DNA of 64,000 bases from Camelus dromedarius (Eukaryota), in contig NC_087436.1 of assembly GCF_036321535.1 (NCBI RefSeq), positions 21,144,001 through 21,208,000 of the forward strand, in the 5' to 3' direction. Under the pieces are notes generated by a model. It was not told the origin of the DNA, searched no databases, and was given only the letters and a program-made list of their open reading frames with translations. Below, one piece after another: positions 1 through 12,384 of the stretch; within the stretch, counting starts at the first letter, position 1, and the number at the start of each line of letters is the position of its first letter. The position numbers and the translations under genes were made by a program.

Positions 1-14
1 ACCAGGCCATTACA

Positions 15-16
<2 letters not shown>

Positions 17-91
<75 letters not shown>

Positions 92-120
92 CATTAAAAA
101 TTGTAATAATAATAATAATA
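17..120 (+). repeat. (AAT)n microsatellite, interrupted
   Basis: Pure AAT run 17-90, short interruption, AAT resumes to 120. Confidence 0.95.
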
Positions 121-121
121 A

Positions 122-209
122 AGGGGTGCAGAACTCAGTGGTAGAGCATGTGCTTAGCATTCTTGAGGTCCTGGGTTCAATCCCCAGTACCTCCATTAAA
201 ATAAAAAAC
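122..209 (+). mobile_element. tRNA-derived SINE (camelid Vic-1-like)
   Basis: A-box-like CTCAGTGGTAGAGC, B-box GGTTCAATCCCC, A-rich tail; same consensus as copies at 9385, 16214, 42253. Confidence 0.8.
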
Positions 210-212
210 ATT

Positions 213-430
213 GGGGAGAGTTTGATATTTGCAAATATTAACTACTATATATAAAAATAGATTTTAAAAATTTCTTCTGTATAGCACAGGGGACTATATT
301 CAATATCTTGAAATAACCTTTAATGAAAATATGTGTGTGTGTGTATATATATATATATGACTGAGACATTGTACAGTACACCAGGGATTGACACATTGTA
401 ACTGACTGTACTTCAATTAAAAAAAAATTA
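213..430 (+). mobile_element. L1 3' UTR fragment
   Basis: Matches the 3' end of the L1 at 13421-13990 (ACTACTATATATAAAA..TATAGCACAGGG..GACT(G/A)TACTTCAAT) followed by an A tail. Confidence 0.8.
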
Positions 431-2064
431 AAAGGCCAGGGAGTATGGTCACTATGATGATACCTGTCAAGAAAGACCTTTCCTGCTGCTCTTGCGTCTC
501 CTCCCTCTTTCCTGCGCCAAGCTTGAAGGTATCAGAAACATCCATGAGCAACATTGGGAAGATGGAATGAAAGTTCTGAGTCAGAAGAGAAGATGACCCC
601 ATCCTTCTCTGAGTGCGGACCTCTCACCTGCGGTGCACCTGAGGCGAGCAACTAGCAGGTGTGACCAGTCACCATAGTTAGTGATGCAAAGTGTCCGAGG
701 AGCACAGGGTAAGGGATGACTAACCTCTTGAAGGAAGTATGGATGGCTTCCCAGAGCACGTCACTCTTACTCAAGGTCTTACAGAATGGGGAGAAGTGTG
801 TGAAACTGGCACATTGAACAGAGAGTTCCAGCTTAGAGAACACAACCAGCCAAGATGGAGGCCAAGATGACTCCAAGACGGAACCGAGAACCACACGCTG
901 TCCTGGATGCATGTGAGCTGTTCAGTGTCACTAGGACACAGAACACAGTGTCAGGTGTGGTACCTGAGAACTCCAGAAAAAAACAGACTCGGGTCAGATC
1001 ATGAGAGCTTTTGTATACCGTGGTAAAACTTTTAGTAAAACTCTCCACAACATTAAGGGATCTATTTTAAAAATATATCCTGAGCAAATAATACCTATTA
1101 AATTTGATTTCTACCTTCCAAAATTTAAATGTAATTCTGACGTGCTTCTCTGTTGTGTTCTACTTGCAAAAGTGTCATCTCTCTAATGTGGATTTTCTCT
1201 CTACTGTGTCAGGGATCATTCCTCTGTGGTGAAGCTGCTTTCCTGGGGTTTACCTTGTTGTTGTTGTTTTTTTTTCTGCCTCTGGATTTCACAGTCCAAA
1301 AAAAATGGTCATTTCAAAACCTTTTTCGTGGCAGTACATCCAGTGTTACAGCTAAACCTTGTGCTGTGAAAGGTCAGCTAAGTCCATAGGCTGCTTTTTG
1401 GAATGTGGAGAAGCGGATGGATGGGTATATCTGCTTGGCCAAATCTTGGCTTTTCCTCCCATTGGAAGCTGTGTTCCTCTCTCCCACCCACCCTCAGAGC
1501 CTGTTGCCCACACTGGCTTCCTTCAGCCTTCTCTTTCTAGGGGGACCTTCTTTACTTCTGGGGGTAGCATTTCCAGCATCTCAGCTGATAGGATACCTCA
1601 GATTTCTGTCTATCTTTGTGATAAGCAAATATTAGGGGAAAGGGCACGGCAGTCCCTGGATTCAGAACCCTGGCTGGACTGTCCCTTAACACAAAGAGCA
1701 CTTCTCTCCTGAGAAAAAGCCTCCTAAATTCATCGCCGTCTTTTCCTCAACAGCAGCTGACTTGCCTGACTGATGGCTAGTTGGCCAGTTTTCCCCAACT
1801 GAGAAATTTCTTTGTGCAGTGGCGACCTCTTAAAGGAGAACAATGAGTGGAATTCTAACTAACTTTATCACACTACACATCCTGGAATCAAAGTTATGGC
1901 GTGAGACTCCTTGACGTGTTTTTTTTCCCCTGTGTTTTGTTTGTTTCTCCTCGAGCCTGTGGGATCTGTCAGGTCTGATGATTGTGACAAACATCCAGGG
2001 CCGAAGGAGACAGGGGGCCTGGGAGGCTGAAGCATTCTTAGTTTGTCCTTTGGTGTCTCCCTAG

Positions 2065-2214
2065 AGCCTGCCCTGCACTTTGGGGATGCTGAGTATCACG
2101 TCTATGGAAGTGCTGGCTCCGTGGAGGTGTGTGTCTGGAGGACGGGCACTGACCTTTCCCCAGTGTCCTCTGTCACCGTGCGGTCCAGGAAGACAGAGCC
2201 TGCATCAGCAGAAG
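2065..2214 (+). CDS. FREM3: FREM3 penultimate coding exon (Calx-beta domain N-half)
   Basis: TAG acceptor, GTGAGA donor, 150 nt phase 1-1; (E)[53 protein letters not shown]3 is the known convergent neighbour of SMARCA5. Confidence 0.93.
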
Positions 2215-5200
2215 GTGAGAGGGATGTTTAAATAAAGTAAGCTACAAAGAGAATAGGGTACAACACGGGGATTGTAGCCAATATTTTATGATAGATACAA
2301 ATGGAGTATAACCTTTAAAAAAAAAAAGAAATATGTTTAAAAGATATTAAGGAAAAAAATAGCTCTCATTTTTTTAAAGCATGTAAGCAGTTGGGTGAGT
2401 CCTCAAAGGGAAAAGGAAACAAATAAAAGCAGCTGATTTGAAAATGGGGGTAAAAAATGTACAATTACCCAGATGTGCGTCTAGGGCGAAGTCCCATCCG
2501 TCAAGTGTAGCATGCCAAGTCTGTGTCAGTGGGCTCTGATTTAAAGTTTCTCCCACCTGAGCACAGAGAATGACTTCTGCTGTTTATAAAATAAAGAGAA
2601 TATTCAAACAGTAGCCTTTACAATTTATTTGTTAACCACTTGCTTGTCATGGGCCCAAATTAATTTTCCAGAGTTGAGAATATTTGTAGATACTGTAAGC
2701 AGATCAGAAACACTATTTCAGACCAAGGCACACTGGGATGGCTGAGCAGGTCCCAGCTCCTGGGAGAATCCAGGCATCTTTTAACCCTGGAAGGGTAGGA
2801 GGGTTTCCCTCCTGATTCTTGGGCATTTTTCTTGGCTTCAAGCATCATGTCCTCACATCTCACTCACTGTACCTTTCTTGATATAGAAAATCAAGGTCTG
2901 GTTGGCAGTGGGGCTAAATGGTTCTGAATACCACTTCCTCTGGTGAGCCTGTCAGCTGCTTTACCAGGAAAACACACACAGACACACACACACACACACA
3001 CACAGAGTAGGATTCAGCAGGAAGAGAAAAGGAAATTTCCATCTACATTGTCCCTCACATTTTCTCATTTGCCAACAGAGACATTGTAGTCTCCTGGGAT
3101 ATGGAAGGTGAGCCTAGCTCAGGACTAACATCATATAGATCCAAGACACACGAGAGTATTTTAAGATAGAAACTAAAATAAAAGCACAAATCCTGCAAAT
3201 AAAATTCAGCAATCTAAAAACCTACACTAAGTGACAAGACACAAAGAGAAAATTTATCAATGAAAATGTGAACCCAGTTTCAGCATGTATGCAGAAATGG
3301 TCAAGGAAACTAAAGACAACTGGTTAGGTTTCCAGCCCAGAGCTTGCCCTTGGGAGAATTAACATGTAATACCACTTCATTGAGGGTGTTCCATCATGTT
3401 GTACGTGACACCAGTGATGGTCCTTAAGAGTTCTTTTGTTGTTATTGTTTTGCTTTTTTTTTTTTTTTTTTTGCTTTCCTTCCTTCCTTTTTTTCTTTTG
3501 TTTTCTTAATTTTCTTTCTTTATTAAAATTTTTTTTTAATTTTTAATTTTTAAAATTCAAGTCTTTATTTTTAAATTTTTAGTTATTTATTATTTATTTT
3601 TATTTTATTTATTTATTTATCATTTTCTTAATTTTCAGACAGAGCTGTTTCTCACTTTGTAAGGATTTGTGGAAACAAAAGAGAATAGACCAACTGGCTC
3701 ACTGGACTTTTTTGTTTACGGTGGAGGAAAAAAATTAAAATTTATTTAGATAAATCCCCTTGCATACAAATAATGACGCTCCTGCTGGCTCTCAGGTAGG
3801 GATGGATTAATAATCCATGCTCGAGGTGGTGATTTGTGGGTTTAAACAGGAGACACGCAGAGGTAGCAGTTTAGACTTGGTTATCAGTAGAATCTAGTAA
3901 ATACTTGACGTCTGCTCAGGTGGGTTAGTTAACAATAATAATTATGTGTCTGCATTTATAATATATCATTATTTATTACATAAATGATAATTATAATTTC
4001 TGTGCACTGAATGCCTACTGTTTGCCAGAGTCTGTGCTAACATCTTTGCTATATTATCTCTGATCTTCACAACAACCTTGTAAAGTAGCAAAAATTATCC
4101 CCATTTTGCAATTAAAGAAATTGAGACTCAAACAGATGAAACCACTTGTACAAGTAAGCACTGGAATTAAGATCTGAACCAAAGTGCATAGGATCCCAAG
4201 CCCTCTTTCCCTTACTCTCCTGCCTTGGTAATTTTCACGATAATCTCATTTTGTTTTTTCTTAATGTAATTATTTAATGGCTTTAAAAATTTTTATCCAA
4301 CTCCAAACTTATAGCAAAGTAACAAATACAGTACAAACATTTTTTTTTCCTGAACCCTTGAGAGTAGGTTGACAGTCAACCTGGAACCATCTCTTCAAAC
4401 ACTCAGAATGCAATTCCTACGAAGACATTCTCCTCTATAACCACAACACAAGCATAAAATCAGGAAATTAACCCATACGTTACCACAATCTAATCTTCAG
4501 ACCTCATTCAAATTCCACCAGGTGTTCCCCCAAATCATTCTTTATAGCAAAAACAAAACAAAACAAAAACAAAACAAAACAAAACAAAAAAAAACAGTAC
4601 AGTGTTACCCATTGTATTTAATTGTCAAGTCATTTAGTTTTCTTCCATCTGGAGCAGATCCTTGCCTTTCCAAGACTTTCATGACTTTGATATTTTTCAA
4701 GATTACAAACCAGTTTTGTAAAATGTCCCCCGTTTTGGGCTTGTCTGATGTTTGAGCAGGAATGTCCCAGAGATGATACTGTGTTCTCATTGCATTCTAT
4801 TCAATGGCACAGTTTCAATTTATCCAACTACTGATGCTGTTAACTTTGATCACTTGGTCAAGGTGATATCTGCCAGGTTTTTTTACTATGAAGTCACTTT
4901 TCTTCTTGCAGTTAATACATCTCTTATGGAGACATACCTTGACACAATGTAAATACGCTGTTTCTCCATTTATTTATATCACTCAGGGTTTCCTATTTTA
5001 TTCTATTGATTAGAATTTGTCATTACTTTTGATGATTTTTAAAATAAGTAGCAAATGGGGCTATACGATCAGGTGAGCCAGCTTGCAAAATGATTAATAA
5101 CCCAGAAAATGGCAGCAACTTCACGGCTGATAAAATGGAGTGGAATGTTGTAAAGGTAAACCAGATTATCTGGCAAAGATGAACGAGTGAAACCTAATCA

Positions 5201-5550
5201 AAAGTCATGATCATCATCTTAACCATTCCAAATAAAAAAGAGAAGTTCTTCCACTACAAATTGAAGTTGCCTTCAGAGAGCCTTCAGTCTGTTGGTGGGA
5301 TTTTGGTGGAAGCGCTCAGAAGGTGATGGCTTGCACTGGTGAGGATGGCACATGGTCACAGATGCGTGGCTATTGTGGCATTTGGTAGAATATGGAAATT
5401 TCCCCTTTCTGGGGATCAAGTCCACAGAATATGATTCTGAGAGTGCTGTGTACATAGGAGAATGATTCAGACCTTCCATTTTTTTCTCTGAAGGAAAACT
5501 TATGACGGTGAATCCTACAGTCTCACTCTTGGCTTTTCCTTTCCCACTAG

Positions 5551-5792
5551 CTGGAATAGACTACGTTGGCATCAGCCGAAATCTGAATTTTGCTCCAGGA
5601 GTGCACATGCAGATATTCCGAGTGACAATCCTTGAAGACCTGGGAGAGCCCATCTTGGAGGGTCCAGAGAGGTTTGAATTATTTCTCGAGATGCCTATAG
5701 GTGCGGTGCTTGGAGAACCAAATAAAACCACCATTTTCATCAGTGACATCATCACTGACCGTAAACAAAGTGCTTGTCATTCCCTTGAGTGA
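5551..5792 (+). CDS. FREM3: FREM3 last coding exon (Calx-beta C-half plus short tail, TGA stop)
   Basis: Pyrimidine tract + TAG acceptor; (A)[79 protein letters not shown], resembling the recalled human FREM3 end (..TDCKQSACSSFD). Confidence 0.93.
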
Positions 5793-6074
5793 AAGACTTC
5801 AAGGGAGAAGAAAGAGCCAAAACATGTCCCCTAATAACACAGTTTCTAGATCTTAGCAGTTCTGGGATATCAATGATACTGTACTGTCGTTTGTGTTATA
5901 TCTATTCTGGTGATATGTGCAAATATAGTTTATGTAACTGTACAAATATATATATATACACACACACACACAGAGAAAGTATTGAACCCAGAAATGATCA
6001 ATTAGTCTGTGCTCTTTGTGTTTTTCCATTTTCTTTTACTTTGTTACTAAGGCCAGTGAACCCCACTGTCATCA

Positions 6075-6080
6075 ATTAAA
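6075..6080 (+). terminator. Candidate FREM3 polyadenylation signal (ATTAAA; alternative AATAAA at 6326-6331)
   Basis: Hexamer about 280 nt after the stop with a T-rich tract at about 6109-6114; usage cannot be shown from sequence. Confidence 0.4.
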
Positions 6081-7840
6081 TCAACAGTTAAAAACAAAAG
6101 GATGGACCTTTTTTCGCTGATTGATGCTGGACAGAAAGCACTCTTCAACTATAGATATACCACCATCCTCTTTCAGTTTCCTTACTGACATTTGCAGATA
6201 AGCCTAAATCTCCTTTTTTCCAATTGCTCGATCTTCCTCCACTACAAGCCTTAATCGGAGCCACTTAGAAGGGAAATCCTTTCATCGACTCTCTCTTCTC
6301 TTGCAAACTCCTTTTTAAAGAGGATAATAAATGAGAAAGTGATAAAAATGCAAGTACCACAAGGGAGAACAAGGAAAAGTTGAAGAGTTGTATAATCCCC
6401 AAACTGCCCAATTATTTCTTTACTCATTTTAAGTGGACAGTGTCATTAACCATGAATACATTTCAGCTAATACTACGTAAATTAGAGTTTTCAAAATATT
6501 TTGAAATATTTTGAAAACCACATCTTTGTGCCCCATCATTATATTTTAGGCATTTCTTGTAAAAAACATTTTTAAATTTGTATTTTAGACATGACTTAAC
6601 CTGTTCTCAAGCCAACATAGCACGTGATAAAAACCGTTTCAAGAAGCCAGTTCCTGAAATATGGAGCAGGAGATAAGAAGGCTGTTGACATCCACGGGGT
6701 TTGCATGTAGAGGTAAAGAAGTCTTCTCTCGCATCAGCCCAAGTTTTGCTTCATTCGTGGACAACATCACCTTCCCCCACCAGAGAGGAGACCTTTCCAA
6801 ACTACTTCCCATCTCTTCACCTCATGTCTCCCTCTGTAAAATGAGAGTTTGCACTCCATTTCTGTTAAGATCCCTTCCAATTCTAATTCCTGTCTGGGCA
6901 AATATCTACTAACAGAAAGTCACGCTCCCTTGTCTTGCATTTTGTCTGACTACTAGGATCAAATGTCTTTTAAACTCAATTATATTCAACAAACATTTTT
7001 GGGGGGCTTCTCCAACACGTCAGAGAGATATGGACTCTTCATAAATGTTTAAAGAAGAAGGAGGAGGAGGAGGAAAGGAGAAAGGAGAAGAAATAATGAG
7101 AAAACTACGTCCTGGCCAGGATGATTCTCAGATTCATCCAACAGATCCTACAGATGTCCTGACTCAGTTCCCAAATGAAACATCCATCTTGACCTCTCCA
7201 ATGAGTACTTCCATGCCCAGGAGAAGTTCACATCATCAGCCTTGTATTTAAAAAAAAAAAAAAAAGCCATGGAGAATTCTATTTTGCACCTGAAATTAAT
7301 CCCAGTCTTTCAATGTTTTGCAGAAAATCACTCTTTTTCTTGTTCTGTCTTTTGTTAAGGAATTACGTTCAGATAAATGCAGTGTTTCCATCTTTTTTTC
7401 TGGGTGATGTTCGCCACAGTGCTTTCTAAGAAGTCAGCCTGTTCCACTCCCAGTTTCCTCCCAGTAACTCATGCCAGGGTAGCAAAACTAAGTTTTTTAG
7501 GCTTCTCGGATAAAACCTAGGGTATTCTAGATACCACCTGTGGTGTACTCAGCAGCTGGGTAATGAAAGTGATGTAATGGCTTAAAAGAGAGAAAAATGG
7601 CTCATTTCCTACCAAGAATGGAATTACATACTATGGAAAATTGGGCTCATTTTCCGTCCTTGTGTATTCTTCCCCAATGTTAACATTTTTATGGAGAAAA
7701 ATATATATACTTTTTTTCTCACTTAATATTTTAGTTTTCTTAGGGATTTGGAAGGCATAATGGAGATGTACCAGGTGCTCCATGCAGTCATTGTCACTGT
7801 GTAAACTCTAAATGGAAAGGCGTTGTACTTTTCATTCCGG

Positions 7841-8036
7841 TACCAGGGCCCAATTTAAGGAGCCCACATACAGGGTGAATGAAAAGGACAGGCAGCTAAG
7901 GGCAGTCATTTCCCGGAGCGGAGACGTCAGTCACGGGTCCTCACCCACCACCACACCCGCCAGGGCTCAGCCTAGGTGACCATGGGCTACGAGGGGCAGC
8001 CCAACACTGATGACTCCACAGTCAGTCTTCTGCCAG
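7841..8036 (+). pseudogene. FREM3: FREM3 relic exon (FREM2-like Calx-beta 4 N-half)
   Basis: QFKEPTYRVNEKDRQLRAVISRSGDVSHGSS/HTRQGSA*VTMGYEGQPNTDDSTVSLLP vs FREM2 [62 protein letters not shown]; frameshift, TAG at 7973, acceptor CGG, donor GAAAGC. Confidence 0.9.
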
Positions 8037-8708
8037 GAAAGCATCCTACAATGTATTTGTCTTTAGGCACCACCACATTGCTCCTCCTAGCCTTACTTAT
8101 AATAACGAATCATTATAAGCAACCTAAACGTCCAATACTTAGGAAACAGTTAACTGAATTATGAGCCATCCACTTGATAGCATGGGATGGATTCTAGATT
8201 ATCAGTGATCGCATTGCTATTGCAGTCCTTAAGAAAGACTAAAAGGACATCCCTCCAGCAGATAAGAACTTTGTGTTAGAGTAATGAGATCATTGGCCAT
8301 TTTTTCTCCCCAAACTTACTCTATAGTTATATTGATAAATATATGTGTTCAGTAGCAAGTTGTTTACACCAGAAATTGATACAACATTGTAAACTGACTA
8401 TACTTCAATTTTAAACAGAACAAATATAGCAACTTCCTGCTATGTATGAAATTAAGGAGATTAAACAGGTTGTAATGACCTCTCGCTATTATATTATCAC
8501 AACTTGTGACAGAATTACAACATTAAGTCTGACTCTAAAAAAATAAGCCAGACGCCAAGAGGTATATGCAGGTCACCAAAACTAAGTACAGGAGAAATGA
8601 AAAGAGAAAAGAAGGGTAAGTGGAGTTCAGAAGCTGGGCCTCACCAAATGTATCTCTAAACATAGTGAGGTAGGAACAAAGGAAACGAAACAAACAGAAT
8701 TTGGCAGG

Positions 8709-9181
8709 TGTAGTAGGCTGAGTAACGCCCCCAGAGAATTCAGGTCCTAATTCATGGAACTGTGAATTCTACCTTCTATGGGAGAAGCATGTTTGCAAGT
8801 GGGATTAAGCTAAGGATCTTGGGGTGGAAAGACATTCCTAGATGAGACCTAACTGTATTGACAAGCGTCCTCATGTGAGGGAACTGGTGGTGACACGTGG
8901 AAGAGGAAGAGGCGAGGTGACCGCAGAAGCAGAGATTGGAGGGACAAGCCATGGGAGGCCGGCAGCCCCCTGAGTCTGGCAGAAGCAAGAAATGAATTCT
9001 CCTCAACAGCCCCCTTGAAGGAGTGCAGCCCCACCCCAAATCCCCACTGCGATTTTGTCCCAAGGATGCTCGTTTCAGACTCCTGGCCTCCCGAAGAGAG
9101 GCTATGGGAGAGGAAACATCTGCTGTTTAAGCCATCAAGACCATGGTAATTGGTTACAGCAGCCACGGGAAACTCGTACCA
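8709..9181 (+). mobile_element. MaLR solo LTR (MLT1-like)
   Basis: TG start, GGGATTAAGCTAAGGATCTT, GGCAGAAGCAAGAAATGAATTCTCC, TGCTGTTTAAGCCA..GGTAATTGGTTACAGCAGC end motifs typical of MLT1. Confidence 0.8.
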
Positions 9182-9384
9182 CCGGCAGTTAGAGATCAGC
9201 AGAGCTGCAGATGTTGGCAGAGACAGCAAATGAAGAAAACTAGAAAACCCACTCAGAGAAGCCAGGCAGAGCCCGGCACTCAGTGATCTTTGTACACAAA
9301 CTCAAGGCCCAGACCTGAAGACATGACTCGGTTCATCTTCCCAAGGTGACCCTTGGCAGGCAGCTTTAACATATACCATGTCAT

Positions 9385-9556
9385 GGGGGTGGGTATGGCT
9401 CAGTGGTAGAGTGCATGGTTAGCATGCACGAGGTCCTGGGTTCAATCCCCAGTTCCTCCATCTAAATAAATAAATAAACATAATTACCTCCCCTTCCCCC
9501 ACAAAAAAATAGGGAAGGAAAATTTAAATTTTATGCACACACACACACACACACAC
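9385..9556 (+). mobile_element. tRNA-derived SINE (Vic-1-like) with extended tail and (CA)n
   Basis: A and B boxes; flanked by ACCATGTCATG / ACCATGACATG target-site duplication. Confidence 0.85.
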
Positions 9557-10070
9557 ACCATGACATGAAAGCAGTATGAATTCCAACCTCAGCTGCAGTT
9601 AAGCTGTATTTAGAAAGAAGCCGTACTGGTCCAGTGTGAAGAATCCTAGTAACCTTAGTATTAAAAAATCCAGTGATTTCAAGACTGTAGAACAAGACTC
9701 CGAATTTGGAGCATGATGGAAGGAAAAAATATATGTACATTTCTCTCTATAGATGTAGGTCCTCCTCTAGGTGTCCCTCCGTAAGTTGAATTAATAATAA
9801 TCACTCATTCACCGATTTCACTTATTTTCTTTTTCTTTCTTTCTTTTTTTCTTTTTGGTTGAGATGTAACTGACACATAACCATTACATTGGTTTCAGGT
9901 GCACAATGTAATGATTCGATATGTGTATTTATTGCAAAATGGTCACCATACTAAGTCTAGTTAACCAGCCTTACTTCTTGACCTGAGGTTCGGCTGTTAT
10001 CTGAAAGACCAGCACTTCCGACAGCTTCGCTCTTGGCATTGTGGCACGTCTTGACACTATGATATGCCAG

Positions 10071-10239
10071 CTGAGAAGCAGAAAACACCCATGTGGTAAA
10101 TTTCGTGGACGATGCAATTTATGAAAAAGATGAAGAGTTCACAGCCTTTTATTTGACTCTCAGAAAAGAAGCACCACCTTGGGAGCTGCAGTTGGGGACC
10201 CCAGTGAGGCCCTGGTCAGGATGGAGGATGAAGAAGACA
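10071..10239 (+). pseudogene. FREM3: FREM3 relic exon (Calx-beta 4 C-half)
   Basis: EKQK/HVVNFVDDAIYEKDEEF/LLFDSQKRSTTLGAAVGDPSEALVRMEDEED vs FREM2 [54 protein letters not shown]; two frameshifts, donor GGGAG. Confidence 0.85.
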
Positions 10240-10566
10240 GGGAGATTTTAGTTACTTTCTACTTTCAGGGCTGGTAGGAAATACCAAAGTCAGGAGCTAG
10301 AAATTCACAAATTAAAGAGGTGTTGATCAACACATGTTCTAAGTCTAGATATAAGAATTAAGTTGCACATACCCTGCCTGAAGATGGAGAAACTATTTTA
10401 TAGAGCCATTATTAACCGTTTTTCCCACATGAGATTTTTTTCCTACACAATTTGAGAATCCACTAGTTCTCTAAACATGACCGTAGGAATGTCTCTATAG
10501 GCATGCATTGTCCAAATTGTAAATGGAATCATAACTTGGAGCAGAACTTAATTAACCCTATTACAC

Positions 10567-10636
10567 TCCATTGTGAGGGTTCACACAAAGGACAGCTCAG
10601 CCGCTTCTGGGGGAAACCACAGTCCTGTGTCTAAAG
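10567..10636 (+). pseudogene. FREM3: FREM3 relic exon, 3' part only (Calx-beta 5)
   Basis: [23 protein letters not shown] vs FREM2 [23 protein letters not shown]; 5' part absent, donor CTGGGG. Confidence 0.85.
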
Positions 10637-11289
10637 CTGGGGTCACCAGAAATCACGCCCAATGGGGATGGTGTTGTCTTTGCGTCCCATTCCTTCCACT
10701 GTGCATTTGTTAGCAGCAGTGCTAATGACCAGTATTTTTTTTTTCATAAAGAGGCATTAAGTGTAAAAATGTGAAAAGAAACGTAGGTCTGTGTTTGGAT
10801 TATTTTCATGTTGCATCTATAATGATCTAGCGTGGAGACACATTGTGAAATCTGTAAGCAGACAGGGCATCTTGGAGGTTTTGAAATGCCAGGCAGAAGG
10901 CACGTTCACAAGAGGAATGTGCGAGGATCCTTGCGCTGGCTCAGTAGATGAACGCGTAGGCAGAAAGTGGCAGATGAAAGACGTGTTACTATGTGGGCAA
11001 GACAGTAAGCCTTTTAGAGAAAGATTCCCCACACCACACTGAGAGGACCAAAGTCTCAGATCGCATGAGGAAAGGATGTCGTCCCCCTGCGTGTCCTGAG
11101 AGGCTGTCTGTCTCATCTGCCACTGAGGTCAATACCCCAAATGCTGGAGGTCCCCAGGCACTTTATAGGAGGGCCTCAAGAACTGGGGAAAAGCTATTGA
11201 AATGAGAAGAGAAATGGTGTGCTGCCTTAGGAAATGAGAAGAAACAATTTCAGGATTTTCACTCAGCGAAGACCAAACCAGCAGCAAGA

Positions 11290-11900
11290 TGTCCATTCAT
11301 TCAGAGAATACTGTTGGGGAACCCTTTATACCCGAGATGTTTTTTAGGCCCTAGGAATAAAGCAGCAAATAAAGGTGAAGCTTTCAAGCTGAGGAAGAAA
11401 ACGAAACAGAATCAATAAACTTGTACTATTGGCAAGGAGCATAAAAGCTGTAAAGAGGGAAAAGGGTGAGTAAGGGGATGCAGAATGATCGCGGGGAGGA
11501 AGGGGTTAGCTATGTGGGGAGAGAGGATGGCATTTGAGCAGAGACCGGCCTGGAGGTGGAGTGAGCAGGAGGTCTGAGGGACTGTGCACCAGGCAGAGGA
11601 ACCAGGTGGCCAGAGGCAGGTCACGAGAGCAGCAGGGAGGCACATCTTTGTGAGTCAAGAGGGGACCCATGGACCTTCCCCAAGTAGAAGAGAACCCAAT
11701 GGGAGGTAGTGAGCAGTCAGTGAGCAGTGAGGGTGACATTGCCTGCCTGGTCCCTCAGATGCTGCGGAGAGATGAGGGTGGTCAAAAGCAGACTGGTTAA
11801 GAGGCTACTGCAGGAGGTGAGGCAAGAGATGGCTGGACTAGTCAGAGGAGGCTGGTGAGGAGTGGGGGTTTCTGAATAAGCTCTGTGGGGAGAGGTGATG
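11290..11900 (-). mobile_element. L2 fragment (approximate bounds)
   Basis: CATTCATTCA.., GCATTTGAGCAGAGACC, CTGGTTAAGAGGCTACTGCAG..GGCAAGAGATGG motifs characteristic of L2. Confidence 0.6.
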
Positions 11901-12214
11901 GTGATAGATGGTGATGGATGGGTTCCTGGAGCATCTTCTAAACCTGCATCAGGAAGGTCGACTGTGTCCTCTCACAAGGTCTCCCTGAATATCCCTGTTA
12001 GAGATGATCAGCCTGAGTGGGTAATGGATTTGACCTAGAATTGGCATTTTTATTTGAGAAAATTCCCATCTTTTCCTAAAACCAAAATTTAGCTACTTTT
12101 AAGTCAAATACACATTGTTTCTCAAATATGCTATAATCTCGTGGGCAAGCCATATTTTTTATCCAAGCTAGAATGCTGAGTAAAGAAGTTTCTTCATCCC
12201 TTACAATCTTTCAG

Positions 12215-12326
12215 ATGTCACATTCCTGGAAGGAGACACTGAACATTTTGTTGGAGTTGAGATCTTTTATGATGAGCTGAGGGAAATGGGAGAAGCCCTG
12301 ACAGTTTACTTAAAACCAAATGACAG
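12215..12326 (+). pseudogene. FREM3: FREM3 relic exon (Calx-beta 5 C-half)
   Basis: TTTCAG acceptor; (D)VTFLEGDTEHFVGVEIFYDELREMGEALTVYLKPND vs FREM2 [37 protein letters not shown]; frame open, 3' end shortened. Confidence 0.9.
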
Positions 12327-12384
12327 GTGATTATCATTTCAATCAATTATAAGGCAAGTGCCCTAATCTTTGCAACTTTTATTA

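Noticed and set aside
122..197. tRNA gene call for the A/B-box elements (also 9385, 16214, 42253)
   Set aside because: A-rich tails, target-site duplications and copy-specific decay indicate SINEs, not functional tRNAs.
6489..6506. 18-bp perfect palindrome TTTCAAAATATTTTGAAA
   Set aside because: Very AT-rich and part of a local micro-duplication; no functional context.
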